Shown piece after piece: positions 51,178 through 64,000 of a DNA stretch of 64,000 nucleotides (its first letter is position 1; every line of letters starts with the position of its first letter). The stretch spans positions 52,206,001-52,270,000 of the forward strand of contig CM052817.1 of the NCBI GenBank assembly GCA_028534125.1, given 5' to 3'. The notes beneath the pieces are model-generated. The model was not told where the DNA came from. It was given only the letters and a program-made list of their open reading frames with translations, and searched no databases. Both the position numbers and the translations under genes were made by a program. This DNA comes from Lama glama. Lineage: Eukaryota.

Positions 51178-51202
51178 ACACACACACACACACACACACA
51201 CA
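51178..51202. repeat. (CA)n microsatellite
   Basis: Direct reading. Confidence 0.95.
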
Positions 51203-51639
51203 CGGAGCAGAGTGCTATATGATTTAGAGGGTCTTGCTATAATTTCTTTTTCATCATACAGGGAGAAACACACAAGATACATCATTCGTTCATTAAGTGA
51301 ATTTTTAGACAAAATAACAAAAGAAATCTGATTATATTCACTTGTGGCCTTGAAAATTCCATTAATGTGAAATCTATATATCAGACAAAGATTTCAAATT
51401 CCTTCTCTTACTTTCAGTTTTAACTATCTAGTGAATTTCTTCTTAAGTATAAAATAATTTTATGGGACATTAATTGTAATTATATACTCTTCCTATCAAT
51501 CTTTAAATGTTTACATTTTCTAGACCTAAACCAAGACTTCTTTCATTGTATGAAAAGGGTGAAGAGTGGTGTGCACAAGTGAAACTCTAAAACTTGCACA
51601 ATACAATAATTATATAGCATAAATATACATTAATTTTTA

Positions 51640-53240
51640 AAGCAGTATATCTGATATTTCCAAAGGATTAGAGAGAACAATATCTACAGCTCAGCACACC
51701 AAGAACAGTTAGTTCCTTTTGCCATTTGTTAGAGTGAAAATCTCACAATTCATAATTCATGAGACATTAGGTAGTGTTCCCAGGAGTATTTTGCCTCTGA
51801 ATTGGGGGAATTTCAGTCCCAGATTAAGTACTCTTCTGTACCCTACTAAAAAACTTAAAGAAAAGATTCAAAAGGATCTTAACTGGGTCCGGAATTAAAG
51901 CTCAATGATGTTTTGGGGATAAAAAAATGTCTAGTGCCCATCAGGTTGTAATTTTAAAATATCTGTCATCCCATTAAAAATGATCAGTTATACAGAAAAA
52001 CAGGAAAATTTGATTAATCAATTGAAACCAATACAGATATTTAGTGATTAAAGAAATAGTAGACAAAGATCTTGAAACAAAAATTATGACTGTATTCCAC
52101 ATGCTTACGAAGCTAAGTATATGTTAAACAGAGACAAGGAGGATATAAAAAAGACCCAACTAGAATACCAAAGATGAAAACTACAATGTCTGAGAATATC
52201 CTGGATGGAATTAACAGCAGATTAGAAATTGCTAAAGAATACATTAGTGAATTTGTGATTTCATGAATTTGAACATGTACATGGCAAAAGAAACTATACA
52301 AAATAAAACAGAAAAAATGGAAACAAAAATGAACAGAGCATTAGTGAGCTCTGGGAAAGTTTTAAGTGGCCTCATATGATTGCAACTGGAGAACTCAAAA
52401 GATAAGGGTGAAAAGAGCCAATTGAAAGAATGCTTGAGGAAATAATGATAGAGTATTTCTCAAACGTAAGTAAACAGTGAAACAGCAGACTCACATTGGA
52501 AAATGTATGTCAACTACAGTTCCAGGGCCAGGATGGGAAAAAGGGAAGTATGTATATTGTTGTAAGGTTCTTATACTACATATGAAGTGCTATAATATGC
52601 CTGGGAGTAGGTTGTGCTACATGAAAGATATATACAATAAACTCTAAAGCAACCATTATTGGCAAAAATAATTATAGCTACAATTCCAACAAAGTAGATT
52701 ATAAAGGACTCATAACGTTACACCCAAAGACATTAGAGAAAGAACAAAAAGGAAAAATGGTCAGTCAGAACAAATAGAAATTACATAGCAAGGTGGTGTA
52801 TTCATGCAAAAGTATCAAAAACACTAAATGCAAACATCAGCTTAATTAAAAAGCAGGTATGTTTTAATGTATAGTATTTGCAAGAGTCAATTATACACTG
52901 TTATAAGAAACCAACTTTAAATGTAAAATACAAACAGGTTAAAGTTAAAAGGATGGAAAAAAGATACCCTGTTGTTACACAATTGAAAAGAAAGTTAGAC
53001 TGACTATATTTATATATCAGGTGTCCCTGGGGATATATGTATGTGGCAGAGAGGTGTAAAGCAGGAGGGAGAGGAAGTAGCTATTACAAAGGGGTGTGAG
53101 GAGATTTTGGAGCAATAATAGGTTCATTATCTTGATTGTGGTCCTGGTTCATGAGCAGATACATATGTCAAAAGTTACCAAATTTTACACTTTAAATATT
53201 TTCAGTGTATTATACATCAACTACATATCAATAATTCTGT
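51640..53240 (+). mobile_element. Old L1M element (5'/ORF1-like region, ORF2 start and L1MC/MD-like 3' end; internally deleted)
   Basis: 'ctggatggaattaacagcagattag', 'cagagcattagtgagctctgggaa', 'acaggttaaagttaaaaggatggaaaaagata', and 3' end 'tatcttgattgtgg...tacactttaaatat'. Confidence 0.75.
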
Positions 53241-53662
53241 TTACGGAAGGACACGTTGTCTTGTGAACAGTCTGGTAAACAAGCCATGGATAGAGCACAA
53301 TTGAAGTGGCTATAAATTTAAGGTTGTGATACTTGAAAGGAGTTTCTCAGGTAACTCTGAAGTAATTATTCCTTTTCAGCTAACAGTAGCAATTGTAAAC
53401 CCAAGTATTAAAAGATTTATAAAAACACAAATGCATTAGACATGCAAACTATTTTAATTCATTTTTATTAACTCCATCAATTATTACTATTTGTCAATTA
53501 TCTGTCTCTTGCTCCTGTGTATATAGATGTGAGGAACAACAAAACTGTTCTATTGTCATAAAGATTGTATTACAATAAATGAGACACAGAATAGAAAGAA
53601 AATAGATGATAGATACACAGATGCATGGGTACATAGGTAGATGGACAGACAGCAATCAGTAC

Positions 53663-53725
53663 GTGTGTGTGTGTGTGTGTTTGAAAGACAGAGAGAGAAG
53701 GAGAGAGAGAAGGGGGTAGAGAGAA
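53663..53725. repeat. (GT)n followed by GA-rich tract
   Basis: Direct reading. Confidence 0.85.
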
Positions 53726-56700
53726 GACATGAACAAGGGAGAGGAGTTCAAGGATTCAGGCAGCAGGGTCAAGTGAAGACCTCCTCAAGAATGTGACTTG
53801 CTGGAAATCACAGAGCTGTTCACTTAGAAATTCTCTCCTCCTATTTAGAATATCTGTACTATAGGATGGATCCTTCCCTAAAATCTTGAGAATAGGTTTT
53901 TTTTTTTATTTTGGAAATTATAGGTTCAGTATTATTCTAAGTTATTCTAATCAAATAACCACAGATAAACAGCAAAACAATATAATTATTTATAAGTAAA
54001 TTCTGTAGACAGCTTTATGTCAGCTCAAGCCAGAATTTGATCTCATGCCATTTCCGGTTAGGCCAGATTTTTCACCTAGGAAGGCAAGGAAAAACTTGTA
54101 TCTGTAAAATCCTACTGAACACAGCTTGGGAATCCTAGACTAACTTTCTGTCTCTCAGTTAGCTGCTGGTTAGGTTACAGCATAGCCATAAAGGGACTGG
54201 AAAGGAAAGGATGCGTGTAACGGATAAAGGAAAATAAAATGCACAGGCAATTAACTCTACCGAGCAAATTAAATAAATATGATAGGAAGGAGTTAAGGCT
54301 TTGGAGCAAGAGAACCTAGGTTTTAAACTTGACTTCAACATGAATAAGGTATGGGACCTTAAACAACCGACCTAAACTATCTAAAATTCAGTTTAACTAC
54401 TTGAAATATGGCTGTAATAATACAGTTAAGAAAGGCTTTCAGAACTTGGAAATAAAGCTAAAAGGTGAGTGGTTATACAGGAGTAAAGACCCACCTGAGG
54501 ACTACTTAATTATTTGGGAAATGTGCTTTGTCCATTCCCTGCTTACTGTTTATTAAAGGTCTCAGAATTAGTGAACTTACACATTACTTGTAGATTTTTG
54601 TCCGGTAGAGATGTAAATTTGTTTCTGACTAGTGGAAAACATAACCTCAAAGTTTATGGTTTATAATCTTGTAGAATATTAACCACATTAATCACTTTTG
54701 TAGCTAATCATCAGTTTTATCCTAATATTATTTAATTAAAATGCCTATCAATGACCAGATCCTCAAATGCATTTTGAAACAGCCTTACTATATTATAGAT
54801 TCCAGTATGAATGACTTGAATAAAATATTTTATACATATAAATTTATATTTGTGTAAGGGTCATATATTTAACATTTTGAAAATTGTACTTTAACAATAC
54901 TAACATGGTGAGGCTGGTTCAAGAATTAAATGAGATAATCTAGGAAAATGGTAGCACTCAGTAACTTGGTATATGTTAGTTTTTTTTTATCATTATTAGT
55001 ATTTTGTTTTTCTTTAGAAATTGCCTTGTATGTATGGCACAGAGCAATATAATGGTTGCCTAGGTGCATCTGTGAAGCATGTTATTAAGTAAGACATAAC
55101 TGTTTATAAATCTTCGTAGATCCCAGCAGAAATTCTCTAAGTGCTAGATAGCCTTTGGGGTGGGGGTGGGGAGTGGTGATCTTCCTTTCAAAGAAGAAGG
55201 GAACTCAAGAACTGTAATTTTGTCCATTTAGAGATTTTGTATAGCTTCAGCCATGAAGAATGCTGTCAGGTTTCATCAATTTCCAGGAAGCATTTCATGA
55301 TCCTTTTTATACCTAGGCAACTCAAACCTTAGGATAGGAAGCAAGAAAAAAATACTAATTTTTTTTGCTTTGTAGGCCCTTTTTATAACATTTTATAACT
55401 TTTGTTTTTATTTAATTGTACAGCAACCCTCTGTGGAAGTTAATATCATGTCCATTTTATGGATGTAAACACTAAGACTCAAGGAGTTTATTTTTTAATA
55501 TCATAATATCCATTTATTACAGAACCTGTATTTGAATCATTCGTCAATGTGCAAAGCTTTTTTAAAAATCAATATTGTACAATCTTTTAGAATGCACAAA
55601 AATACCCAAAGGTTATTCTTTATACCTTTAGTAGCAACTTCTGTGTCTGGAAATTAGAAATCACGCTTTACTTGAACTTGTATAAAAGGTCTCCTGCATC
55701 AAGACCGGAATCTTTGTCTCCTTTGATAGAAGTGTATTTTTTTCCCCACGAGACCAGCATTTCACAACTCATGCAGGCAGGTGCTAACGACAATATGCTT
55801 AATCTTCATCTGTATATGGAGTATGTTCTTTCTTTCCTTTTTACTGAAAATGTCTACATTTAACTTAAAAATTCAGATGAATGTTTATAGATTATATGGA
55901 TAGAACTACGGCTTTTCTGTTTACATTACTAATATACTTAAATACTTAAGCTAACATTGAGCCAAACTGTCCAACTGTAGGACTCCAACTTTAAATATTT
56001 TGCTCTACAGCTTATCATAAACTCACAGAAATTTTATTTCTCACACTAACATGATCTGAAAATCAAAATTAAATAATAGAACTAAAACTAAAACATTGAA
56101 TCATTTGGCAGTCTATAACAAAAACAAAGCAGTGATTATTTAAAATAAGCTCTTTTAAATCATATGTACAAACTGTGGGTTTATGATTATGGCCCCTGTT
56201 TGAGAATTGCCAATTTACAGAGCTATGGTATGCTTAAATATGAGGCTGTCTTTAAAAGTAGCTGAGCATTATCTGCATTTACATAGCAGCAATTACTAAC
56301 TACAATAGCGCACAATATTTCAAATGCCACTGCAGAGTTATCTCCCGATAACAAAAACCACTGACTCAGGTCTGTCTTCAGACAGTGGATTAGAAAACAA
56401 AGAATGGAGTGAGTACTATGGAGATGTCTTGCATGTGTTGTCTAGAAAGAAAAGAGAAATGCTGCTGTATGAACTATGGCCATTCTATAAATCAAATGAT
56501 TTACGATTTTGGGTTTGAATTATGCAATTCACAAAAGTGTTCTCTGAGTACAAACCTGACAGGAATGAAAATATGCTGTACTCTGACAGTCAGCATCCCC
56601 AACTCATATTATCTGTGAGAACTGACAGGAAGCAGACAAAAAGACAGTTACTAAATGTATATAAAATATGAGTATGTATTATTTTAATTTTAGTTCCGTT

Positions 56701-57469
56701 TTGAGAGGTCTTAAATGCCTTAAGTGCTTCATATGAAGAACTTACTTAATGCTCACAGCTACCCACTGGATCTTTATGATCTCTATTTTCTGGAAAGAGA
56801 CATTCTGAGTTATAAAATAATAAATTTAACAAACAACAGATCAAAGGTCAAATAGCTCATTAAGTAACAAATAGAAGACTCGAATCTGTCTCCCTGCTTG
56901 GAGGGCCACTTCTTTGTCCCTTTGACCATGCACTTAGCAGCTCACAGCACCTCAGATGTATCCCATCAAAGCCATCCAAAAGGTGACCAGATGTGACTGA
57001 AGTGAGACACAAGTGTCAATGGTGTGTTGGCCTTGACAGTTTGTATTTAACGTAACTACAAGTTCAGTAAGAATTTGAACTATTTGTTTTTAATTTAATT
57101 GTTGACTATTTTGCATGCCTTAATGTTTGTGGTGCTGCATGCAGTTAACTAATGAGACCATTCTAAGGCCCAAGTACATAACAGTCGGAACTCCCAGGGT
57201 AACAAATTGGGAACAAATAAATATTAGGGTCCATGGGAATATATATAATATACATATATATGTGATATAATATATAAATCATCTATGTCATATACATGGC
57301 AGAAAGAATGAAAAATAAAACTGTGTATGTGTAGTTCCCATTTTGAACATTTCTCTTAAAAACCAGATTTCAAAGTTACTTAAAAATACATTTATAAATT
57401 TTATTGTTTTCTGGATGCCTAATAGTGCATCCGGACTATTACACTACTAATATACTTAAGTATTTTCTT

Positions 57470-57650
57470 CATGTTGGCTCTATGACCTTGGGCAAATTAC
57501 TTAGCCCTTAGAGAGTTTCAACTCATAAAATGAGGATAATAAAACTAGTCACTTTGTAAGTTAAGTTTTGAGAGAATAAATGAATGAATATATTGAACTT
57601 TTATATAACAGTGCCTAAAAGAGTAAGTGTTTAATAAATGTTATTCATCA
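57470..57650 (+). mobile_element. MIR SINE
   Basis: 'tatgaccttgggcaaattacttagcc...taaaatgaggataataaaacta...aacagtgccta...gtaagtgtttaataaatgttatt'. Confidence 0.8.
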
Positions 57651-58039
57651 AAAGAAGTCACACATTAAAAAAAATTAAGATATACTGTAAGAACCTAATA
57701 ACTTGGGCTGCCAGAATATAGACAATTTAGGTCTTAGTCTTGACCTGTGATTTTTTTTATCAGATATACAAGTTTTTTAAACCTTTCTTTCCTCATTGAT
57801 TTTAAAAGCATATTAATATGTATCCTGCTTATCTCACTGAGTTGGTTAAGATAGAGTAATATAATAAACAAATCAGTTAAAATCAGTTAACAAGTTTTAA
57901 ATTCTATTATCTTCTGTAATATTAAACAAGTGAAATAATGGAAGTAATCTTCACTGATTTTTTAAAAAACATACTTTAACATATTTTAATATAAAAATTA
58001 AGTAAGATCAAATTTAAGGAAATTTAAACAATAACACTA

Positions 58040-58350
58040 TCAAATTTTAGTTGTGTGTACACTATGTTCCAAACATTGTACTACACATTTCACATGTATG
58101 TTTTCTCATTTAATCTACAATATCAAGATACAATGTTGGTGTTATAACATCAACAACATAGTTTTTTTTTTCATTTAATTCATAACATAATCAATATACA
58201 GTCTGTTAGTATTTACATTTTACCAATGAGGAAACTGCAAAGTTAAGTAATATACCCAAAGCTAGTAATTAACAAGATTTAGAATTCAAATTCAGTTGCA
58301 TTGCATTTTATGCCTGAACTGAAGCTCTTACCACAATGATACGCTGTTTC
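58040..58350 (-). mobile_element. MIR SINE (interrupted)
   Basis: 'tctcatttaatctacaa', 'cattttaccaatgaggaaactgcaaagttaagtaatatacccaa'. Confidence 0.65.
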
Positions 58351-58602
58351 TCCACTCTAGCTTTACCCTCCCTGTAGGGGTCTTCATTAAACTAGAAAAA
58401 TATTAACACAAGCAACAATAAGTCTGTTGTTTTTCACACCAGTCCCTGAATTGCCAAAAGTGGCTGCCGAGAGTACTTGAGCATGGATCAAGATGGAAAT
58501 CTTTAGCCCAAGAAGAACAAGCATACTAAAAATGTTTAATATATGACCTGGAATTCTTAATGGAGAATTATATGATAAGAGGCAGAATGCAGATGTGGAT
58601 AA

Positions 58603-58638
58603 ATACCTGACTGAAAGTTAATACCTGACTGAAAGTTA
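58603..58638. repeat. Perfect 18-bp tandem duplication
   Basis: atacctgactgaaagtta x2. Confidence 0.95.
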
Positions 58639-58999
58639 TAGGAACCAATCATAAGAAGAAGTACTAATCTAAGACTTGGAAGGTAAAAGGTGTCTGACCT
58701 AAAACAAACAATAGGAAAGCAAGTCTGAGATGACTGCTCTGTATAAACAAAAGGATGTTTGTTATTTAACATTAAGAACTGGAAGCTGTATGCAACGTGA
58801 GAGTATTGGCTGGTTTCAGAATTCAAGGGGACTGATTTTGTGCTTTTCCTATTTTAAGCTTTGTGAGAGGCAAAGTAAAGCCTTTAGTCCTTCCATGACT
58901 GCAATCCACTATTAACATTTTCTTATATTATTATTATAATTCATTTTGTTGTAAGTCCAATTCATTACCAATTTTAATACTGCAAAAATGTGTTTCTAA

Positions 59000-60260
59000 A
59001 TGCCTTTTGCCATATGCAGACACTGCCTCTGTTAAGTTGGAGAGGAGAGGACAGTTAATCTTTTTAAGCACCTAATTTGTACTATCCACTGGGAATATGA
59101 CAGTGAATTGAACTTTCAAGATCATTCCCCTAAGGAGGTTATATTTCAAGGTTAGAGATATTAAAACATTTTTATGTGAATAAAAAATGAAATAGATTCA
59201 GGTGTTGATAAGATAATGCAGAGGCAATGATCTGTCATTTCCATTTGAACAGAGAAGTAAGGGAAAAACTTTGTGTGTATTTGTGGGAAAATATTTTGGT
59301 CAGAAGGCATGACATATTCAAAGGCCAAGCTCGGAATGAGATTGACAGGCTGAATGCTGTGTTCCCTCCCCCTCCCCCAATGCATATGTTAAATCCTGAC
59401 TCCCAATGTGATGATATTAGGATGTGGGGCCTTTGGGAGGTGATTAAGCATGATGGTGGAGCCCTCAGGAATGGGACAAATCCCCTTATAGAAGAGACCC
59501 CAGAGAACTCCCAGCCCCTTCAGCCCTGTGAGGACACAGCCAGAAATGGGCTCTCACCAGAGACAGAATCTTCTTGCACCTTGATCTTGGATTTCCCAGC
59601 CTCCAGAACAGTAAGAAATAAATGCTTGTTGTTTAAGCCACCCAGTCTGTGGTATTGTTATATTAACCTGAACTGAACACATACCCAGATGACATCAAGG
59701 AGATTGTTTGGGCTGGACTGTGGTAAATGAGCGAGAGTTTGGCAAGATACAAGTTCAGAAAGGGAAACAGGACAATCACACTGACCTTGCCTCCTAGAGT
59801 AAGAAATTTGGATGTTACTCTAGTGAATGGCCAGATATTGATGTGAGTTTCATCATTTATGAATTCGCATCTGATGAGGATTGGACGGGTTGTTTGGACT
59901 AGACGTAGAAAGCAGACAAGTAAGGAAGAGTTAAGAGGTTGGCACAGGAGTCTAGTCAAGAGTGAATGATGACTTGGACTAAGCTTATGAAGATGAAATT
60001 GAAGAGAGAGGTAAAACAGGAAGGGTTTGGCGATGAACTAGTCGTTGAGTCTAAGCAACAGTGAATGATGAACCTGTTTACTAGACAGATAACATCTGAG
60101 GTGAGCATATTTAGAAGGGAGATAAGAATAATTGTGTTTCAGAAATTTAAGTTTGATATATTATGAGATATCACAGAATGTTGAGTAGGTCATTGGAGAT
60201 ACAATTCTAGAGCTCATATCTAGACTGGAAATAAATTTGAGAATCATGGATTGTGATATA
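59000..60260 (-). mobile_element. L2 fragments flanking the MLT1A
   Basis: 'gttgagtaggtcattggagatacaattctagagctca...tagactggaaataaatttgagaatcat' and related L2 antisense phrases. Confidence 0.6.
59343..59681 (+). mobile_element. MaLR solo LTR (MLT1A-like), inserted in an L2
   Basis: 'ggggcctttgggaggtgattaagcatgatggtggagccctcaggaatggga...cccagcctccagaacagtaagaaataaatgcttgttgtttaagccacccagtctgtgg'. Confidence 0.9.
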
Positions 60261-60579
60261 ATGTGAGTAAGCATGACAACAGACGTGTGGCCAAATTATT
60301 TAACATGTCTGGCAGAGCAGGGATGGTTTTATAGAAAATTTTACTTTGAAAATAAGATTTTCAAGAGACAACAATATTTAACATTTATTGAGTGTCTATT
60401 TTCTATCATGCCCTTTACATATACTATTTCTGGCTGAAAAACTTAAGCATTATGAGGAAACTGAGATATAGTGATAATACAGTACTTATAAAAACTATGC
60501 AGTCACAAGAACCATGGTGGAACCCACTTTCTTTTTGAGTGATCACAAGTGTCCCTTTCCTTTCTAACACACAAATCCT

Positions 60580-60870
60580 GGATGCTGTCCATCAGAGGAA
60601 AGAACAATGTCAAGCAGAAAGAGAGAGCAATAGGACAAATGTAGGAGATGGAGCAGAGTTTGACTGAAAAACAGAGCTCTCTGTGAGCTGAATTGTGGTA
60701 TGTGTAGGGGGTAGGTAGGGGTTAGGTGATGAAGCCCAGCATGGTTTGTCAAGGATTTTGACCTTGATCATATCCAAAAAGAAGGAGCCACTGAAGACTC
60801 TAAGGTGGGGAATGGAACTATCTAGCTGGGATTTCAGGAAAATTGAATGTGGAAGTAGCATGGAGATGAA
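60580..60870 (-). mobile_element. L2 fragment
   Basis: 'aaggattttgaccttgatc...ggagccactgaagactctaag...atctagctgggatttcaggaaaat'. Confidence 0.65.
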
Positions 60871-63800
60871 GAAACCTGTATTTTTTTAGTTATCATTTAA
60901 TATAAATAACTATATTTTATAATAAAAGAGATGGATTAGAAGAGTCAAAAATTCACCATTATTTGTTGATAGCAAATAACAGAAATTCCTAAGCAGTTTA
61001 CCCTGAAAATTTCTTAGAATATGGTTTCTTTAGTTTTTTTTAATCATCATTCTCAACAAAACAAATAAAATTCCAAAGACTGTTATAAAATTTACTATAT
61101 ACTACAAAAGCTGTCACCTTTGATCATGTCATTGTAAGGTATCATAATTAATAACATTTATGAGATTTTGCAATTAAATCTGACAAATTTCCAGAATCCA
61201 ATATTTGTGGAGTGAAAATACTCTTTTGTCTATCCTCTATATATATTGTACTAATATAGATAACTTCACATGATTAATGTATGATTAAATGGTACAGGTA
61301 TTGTGATATTTTACAATACAGATATTTTGCAAAGCCTCTTAGAGCAGTAAACCATGTACATATTAACATGTGTACCAATATTTTGCCGAACACCTCACCG
61401 ACTTCCAAGTCCCATGCACTGGGAATATAGATGAATAAACCATTTCTTACACTAAAGAGTTGGCATCACACTTACATACTTACTTTCAGACTTTGGAAAA
61501 GACTTTATTCTTTAATAAAACTGTCTTTAGGAAGCAAGTATGGAAGTTTATGATTCAGAGGAGGAGAAGATTTTTCAATATTCTCCTATATTGGACCTAA
61601 TTGTTTTTGAGGGTCTTGAAACAACTTCATTCCGTCACAAAGATAGAAAATACCAAGAGTAAAAGTAAATATATTGTATTCTTACTTACTTATTACTTGA
61701 CAAGTTACTCATTACCTGACAAATTAATTAAAATCTCTATAGTCTCAGTGAATAATCTTAATTCCCACATGTTTTGTTTGCAAATACACACACACATTTC
61801 AAAGAAGACAGGACATCTAATATGTCAAGGTACCTTAGTAATAATGCTTTTAAACTATTATTATAATTATTTTCTCATAGATTATAGCAGTTGATGATCT
61901 GTGGAAATAATTGTATAGCTATTATCCTTAACCAGACAATCTTTTATTTCACCAGTGTTGCTGTTTTTCCACTAGGTGTCAGCCTTACACTAGTAACTTT
62001 AGGATACTGGCACCAAAGCAAAACGTCATTCACATCTGTTTTACTTATTATGTTTTCCGATAAAATTTACCTGGTTAATTGATAATAATAAAAAGTATAA
62101 TTCTCTAATGACAATAGAAAAACCATAAACTGGAGTGCAAAGGGTATTCAAAAACGAAAACTGCAAACTGATTTACAAATGTGGTGTCTTCAAAAATATT
62201 TTAACTTTCATTCTCTTTTAATACAGTTAATGTGTTCTATAGACTTCCACATATTTTCGGCATTTGATGAACCAGGGCTTGAAAAAACCATCGATTTGAT
62301 AACAATGAAACTCCATGAGGTGCGAGAACCATTTCCATGGTCAACAACATAGGAAGGCAAAGCAGTCCCAGCCTACATACCCTCCCACCGCAGCCCTGAC
62401 TGTCACTGATCTGACAGAATTCAGAATGGTTATAAGCTTCTCTCAAACAGAAGTCACTGGCAGCTGCAGAGACAGACCACAAAGGCTTACAAGCTTCAAG
62501 GGTATATTTACCATTGGGCTTTAATTACTTTTCTGGCTTTGTGAAAGGACTGAAATGTCTGACATTTCAATGAGGACGATTTTTCTACCAGGTTAGAGAG
62601 AATGATGGGTAGCTGAAAGAATTCTGAAGGGTTCTGGGAGATGCTGCAACATCTCAGGTCTGTTTTGCAATTGAAAAGGAAATACTATTCAAAGGGCTAA
62701 AAGGAGGAGGCAGAAGTAGAGAATAGAGCAGGGCAGTATGACAAGGATGTGCATGGGCTTTAGAGCAATTTTGGTCTAAAGAGTAATTTTCCACTTAGGT
62801 TTTCCCTGCTTCTAAAGTAATTTGGTTCAAGTGGGACAGATGTGAAAAAACCTGTATAGGTAGAGGGTCAAAAACATTATAGAGAAAGGAGTATTTCTTC
62901 AATAAAACAAAAAGTACTTACAAGGTCATCTTTTATATATTGCCTTTTCTTGTTTCCTTCATTTCTATCTTGATCAATTTTACTCTTTGCCTAACTTGCT
63001 TTTCTTTCCTTTTCTTTTTAGTTTTTGCCTCTTTTCTTCTCTAATCTTCCTCAAATTTTTTTAACTTTCTTTTTCCACACGATAAATTAATTTCCTCTAA
63101 TTTATTTCAATAAATATATTTACTAAATTTTGTCATGTTTGTGTTTGCAATTTTTATTTTAAAATAAAGAACTATTTGAGAAAGAAATTATATATATATA
63201 AGTTTGAGCATTTATGAGCTCAATTATTTGTGTTTTAGGGTTTTTCTTTTGTGAATAAATGACTTCCTGAGAGAAAGCCAGGCCCTTTAAGAAGCTACTA
63301 CCACAGGTCCCAGCCTATTCAGCCAAATTCAGTGTTCCCAGCAGTGGTTCAGTTCAAAATACATTTACATTTTTGCTTCAAGTACAAATCATTAAAGTGT
63401 TGTGCTGACAAAATAAATAATTCTTATCTAGCAACACCTACATTTCTGTTCTGATGTTATTCTTTTATTATTTTCTGCTTGGTCAGGATTCCTGGAGCCT
63501 CAGAAATGTTTATATAATGATGTAAAATCTAAAGTCATGTTGTATAATACATACTGAAATGCCATAAAGCTCAAGATGCATAAACATATACATCTTTATT
63601 TCTTTACTATATTATTGTTGCTATGAGCATGGCTAGTGACATATTCTTCAGCAGTTGAGGGCTATACTTTATCTCCTTCAGGTGTCAATCTTTTGTAATC
63701 CATGGGTTTCATATAGTTTTAATGAAGTTCTTATTGGATTATTCAAAGACCATTTCATTTCTCTAGTCCTGAGGATTTCTGAGGTATCCAAATTTCCCTG

Positions 63801-64000
63801 GGGCTACAAGATTTGGACCTCTTACAGATGTCAGATTTAGATTTTTTTTTAAGTAGTTTGAACAGCATTTGTTGTGAAGCACTCCTACCAAGGCAGAATG
63901 ACAAGGAATAGTACACTAATTCACCTAGAGTTTTGATATATCGCTTTCTCTCTTTAGGCACATTTATACAGAAGATAAAAAATTCTTTTTATGGATTTGG

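Noticed and set aside
59227..59676. Longest ORF in the track (149 aa)
   Set aside because: Mostly a read-through of an MLT1A LTR (…[24 protein letters not shown]…) plus L2 sequence; a common spurious frame.
1..64000. Intact protein-coding gene, NUMT or non-retroviral endogenous viral element
   Set aside because: No recognisable host protein exon, mitochondrial sequence or viral protein motif by eye. A sensitive BLASTx would be needed to exclude highly decayed ones.

Overview
Strongly AT-rich, CpG-poor mammalian genomic DNA, intergenic or deep-intronic. Three tRNA-derived SINEs of the vic-1 type point to a camelid (camel, alpaca or llama). I recognise no intact protein-coding gene; nearly all ORFs in the track are chance ORFs or decayed transposon frames. 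The window is a layered record of mobile DNA. It holds L1 copies (two with 5' inversions, one with large internal deletions, one with an apparently chimeric 3' end), many MaLR/ERVL LTRs, two ERVL internal remnants (pol RT-thumb/RNase H at ~38.1-39.5 kb, dUTPase at ~17.6-18.1 kb), a young-looking ERV LTR nested in an L1, a MamGypLTR-like LTR, a Tigger1-derived MITE with intact TIRs and TA duplications, and MIR/L2 fragments. It also has an RPS28 processed pseudogene at ~40.8 kb. Unique stretches contain several + strand exon-shaped blocks (possible spliced lncRNA), a CTCF-like motif and small TF-motif clusters. I found no convincing novel biological system. Repeat family names come from recalled consensus sequences, not a database search, and boundaries of old repeats are approximate.
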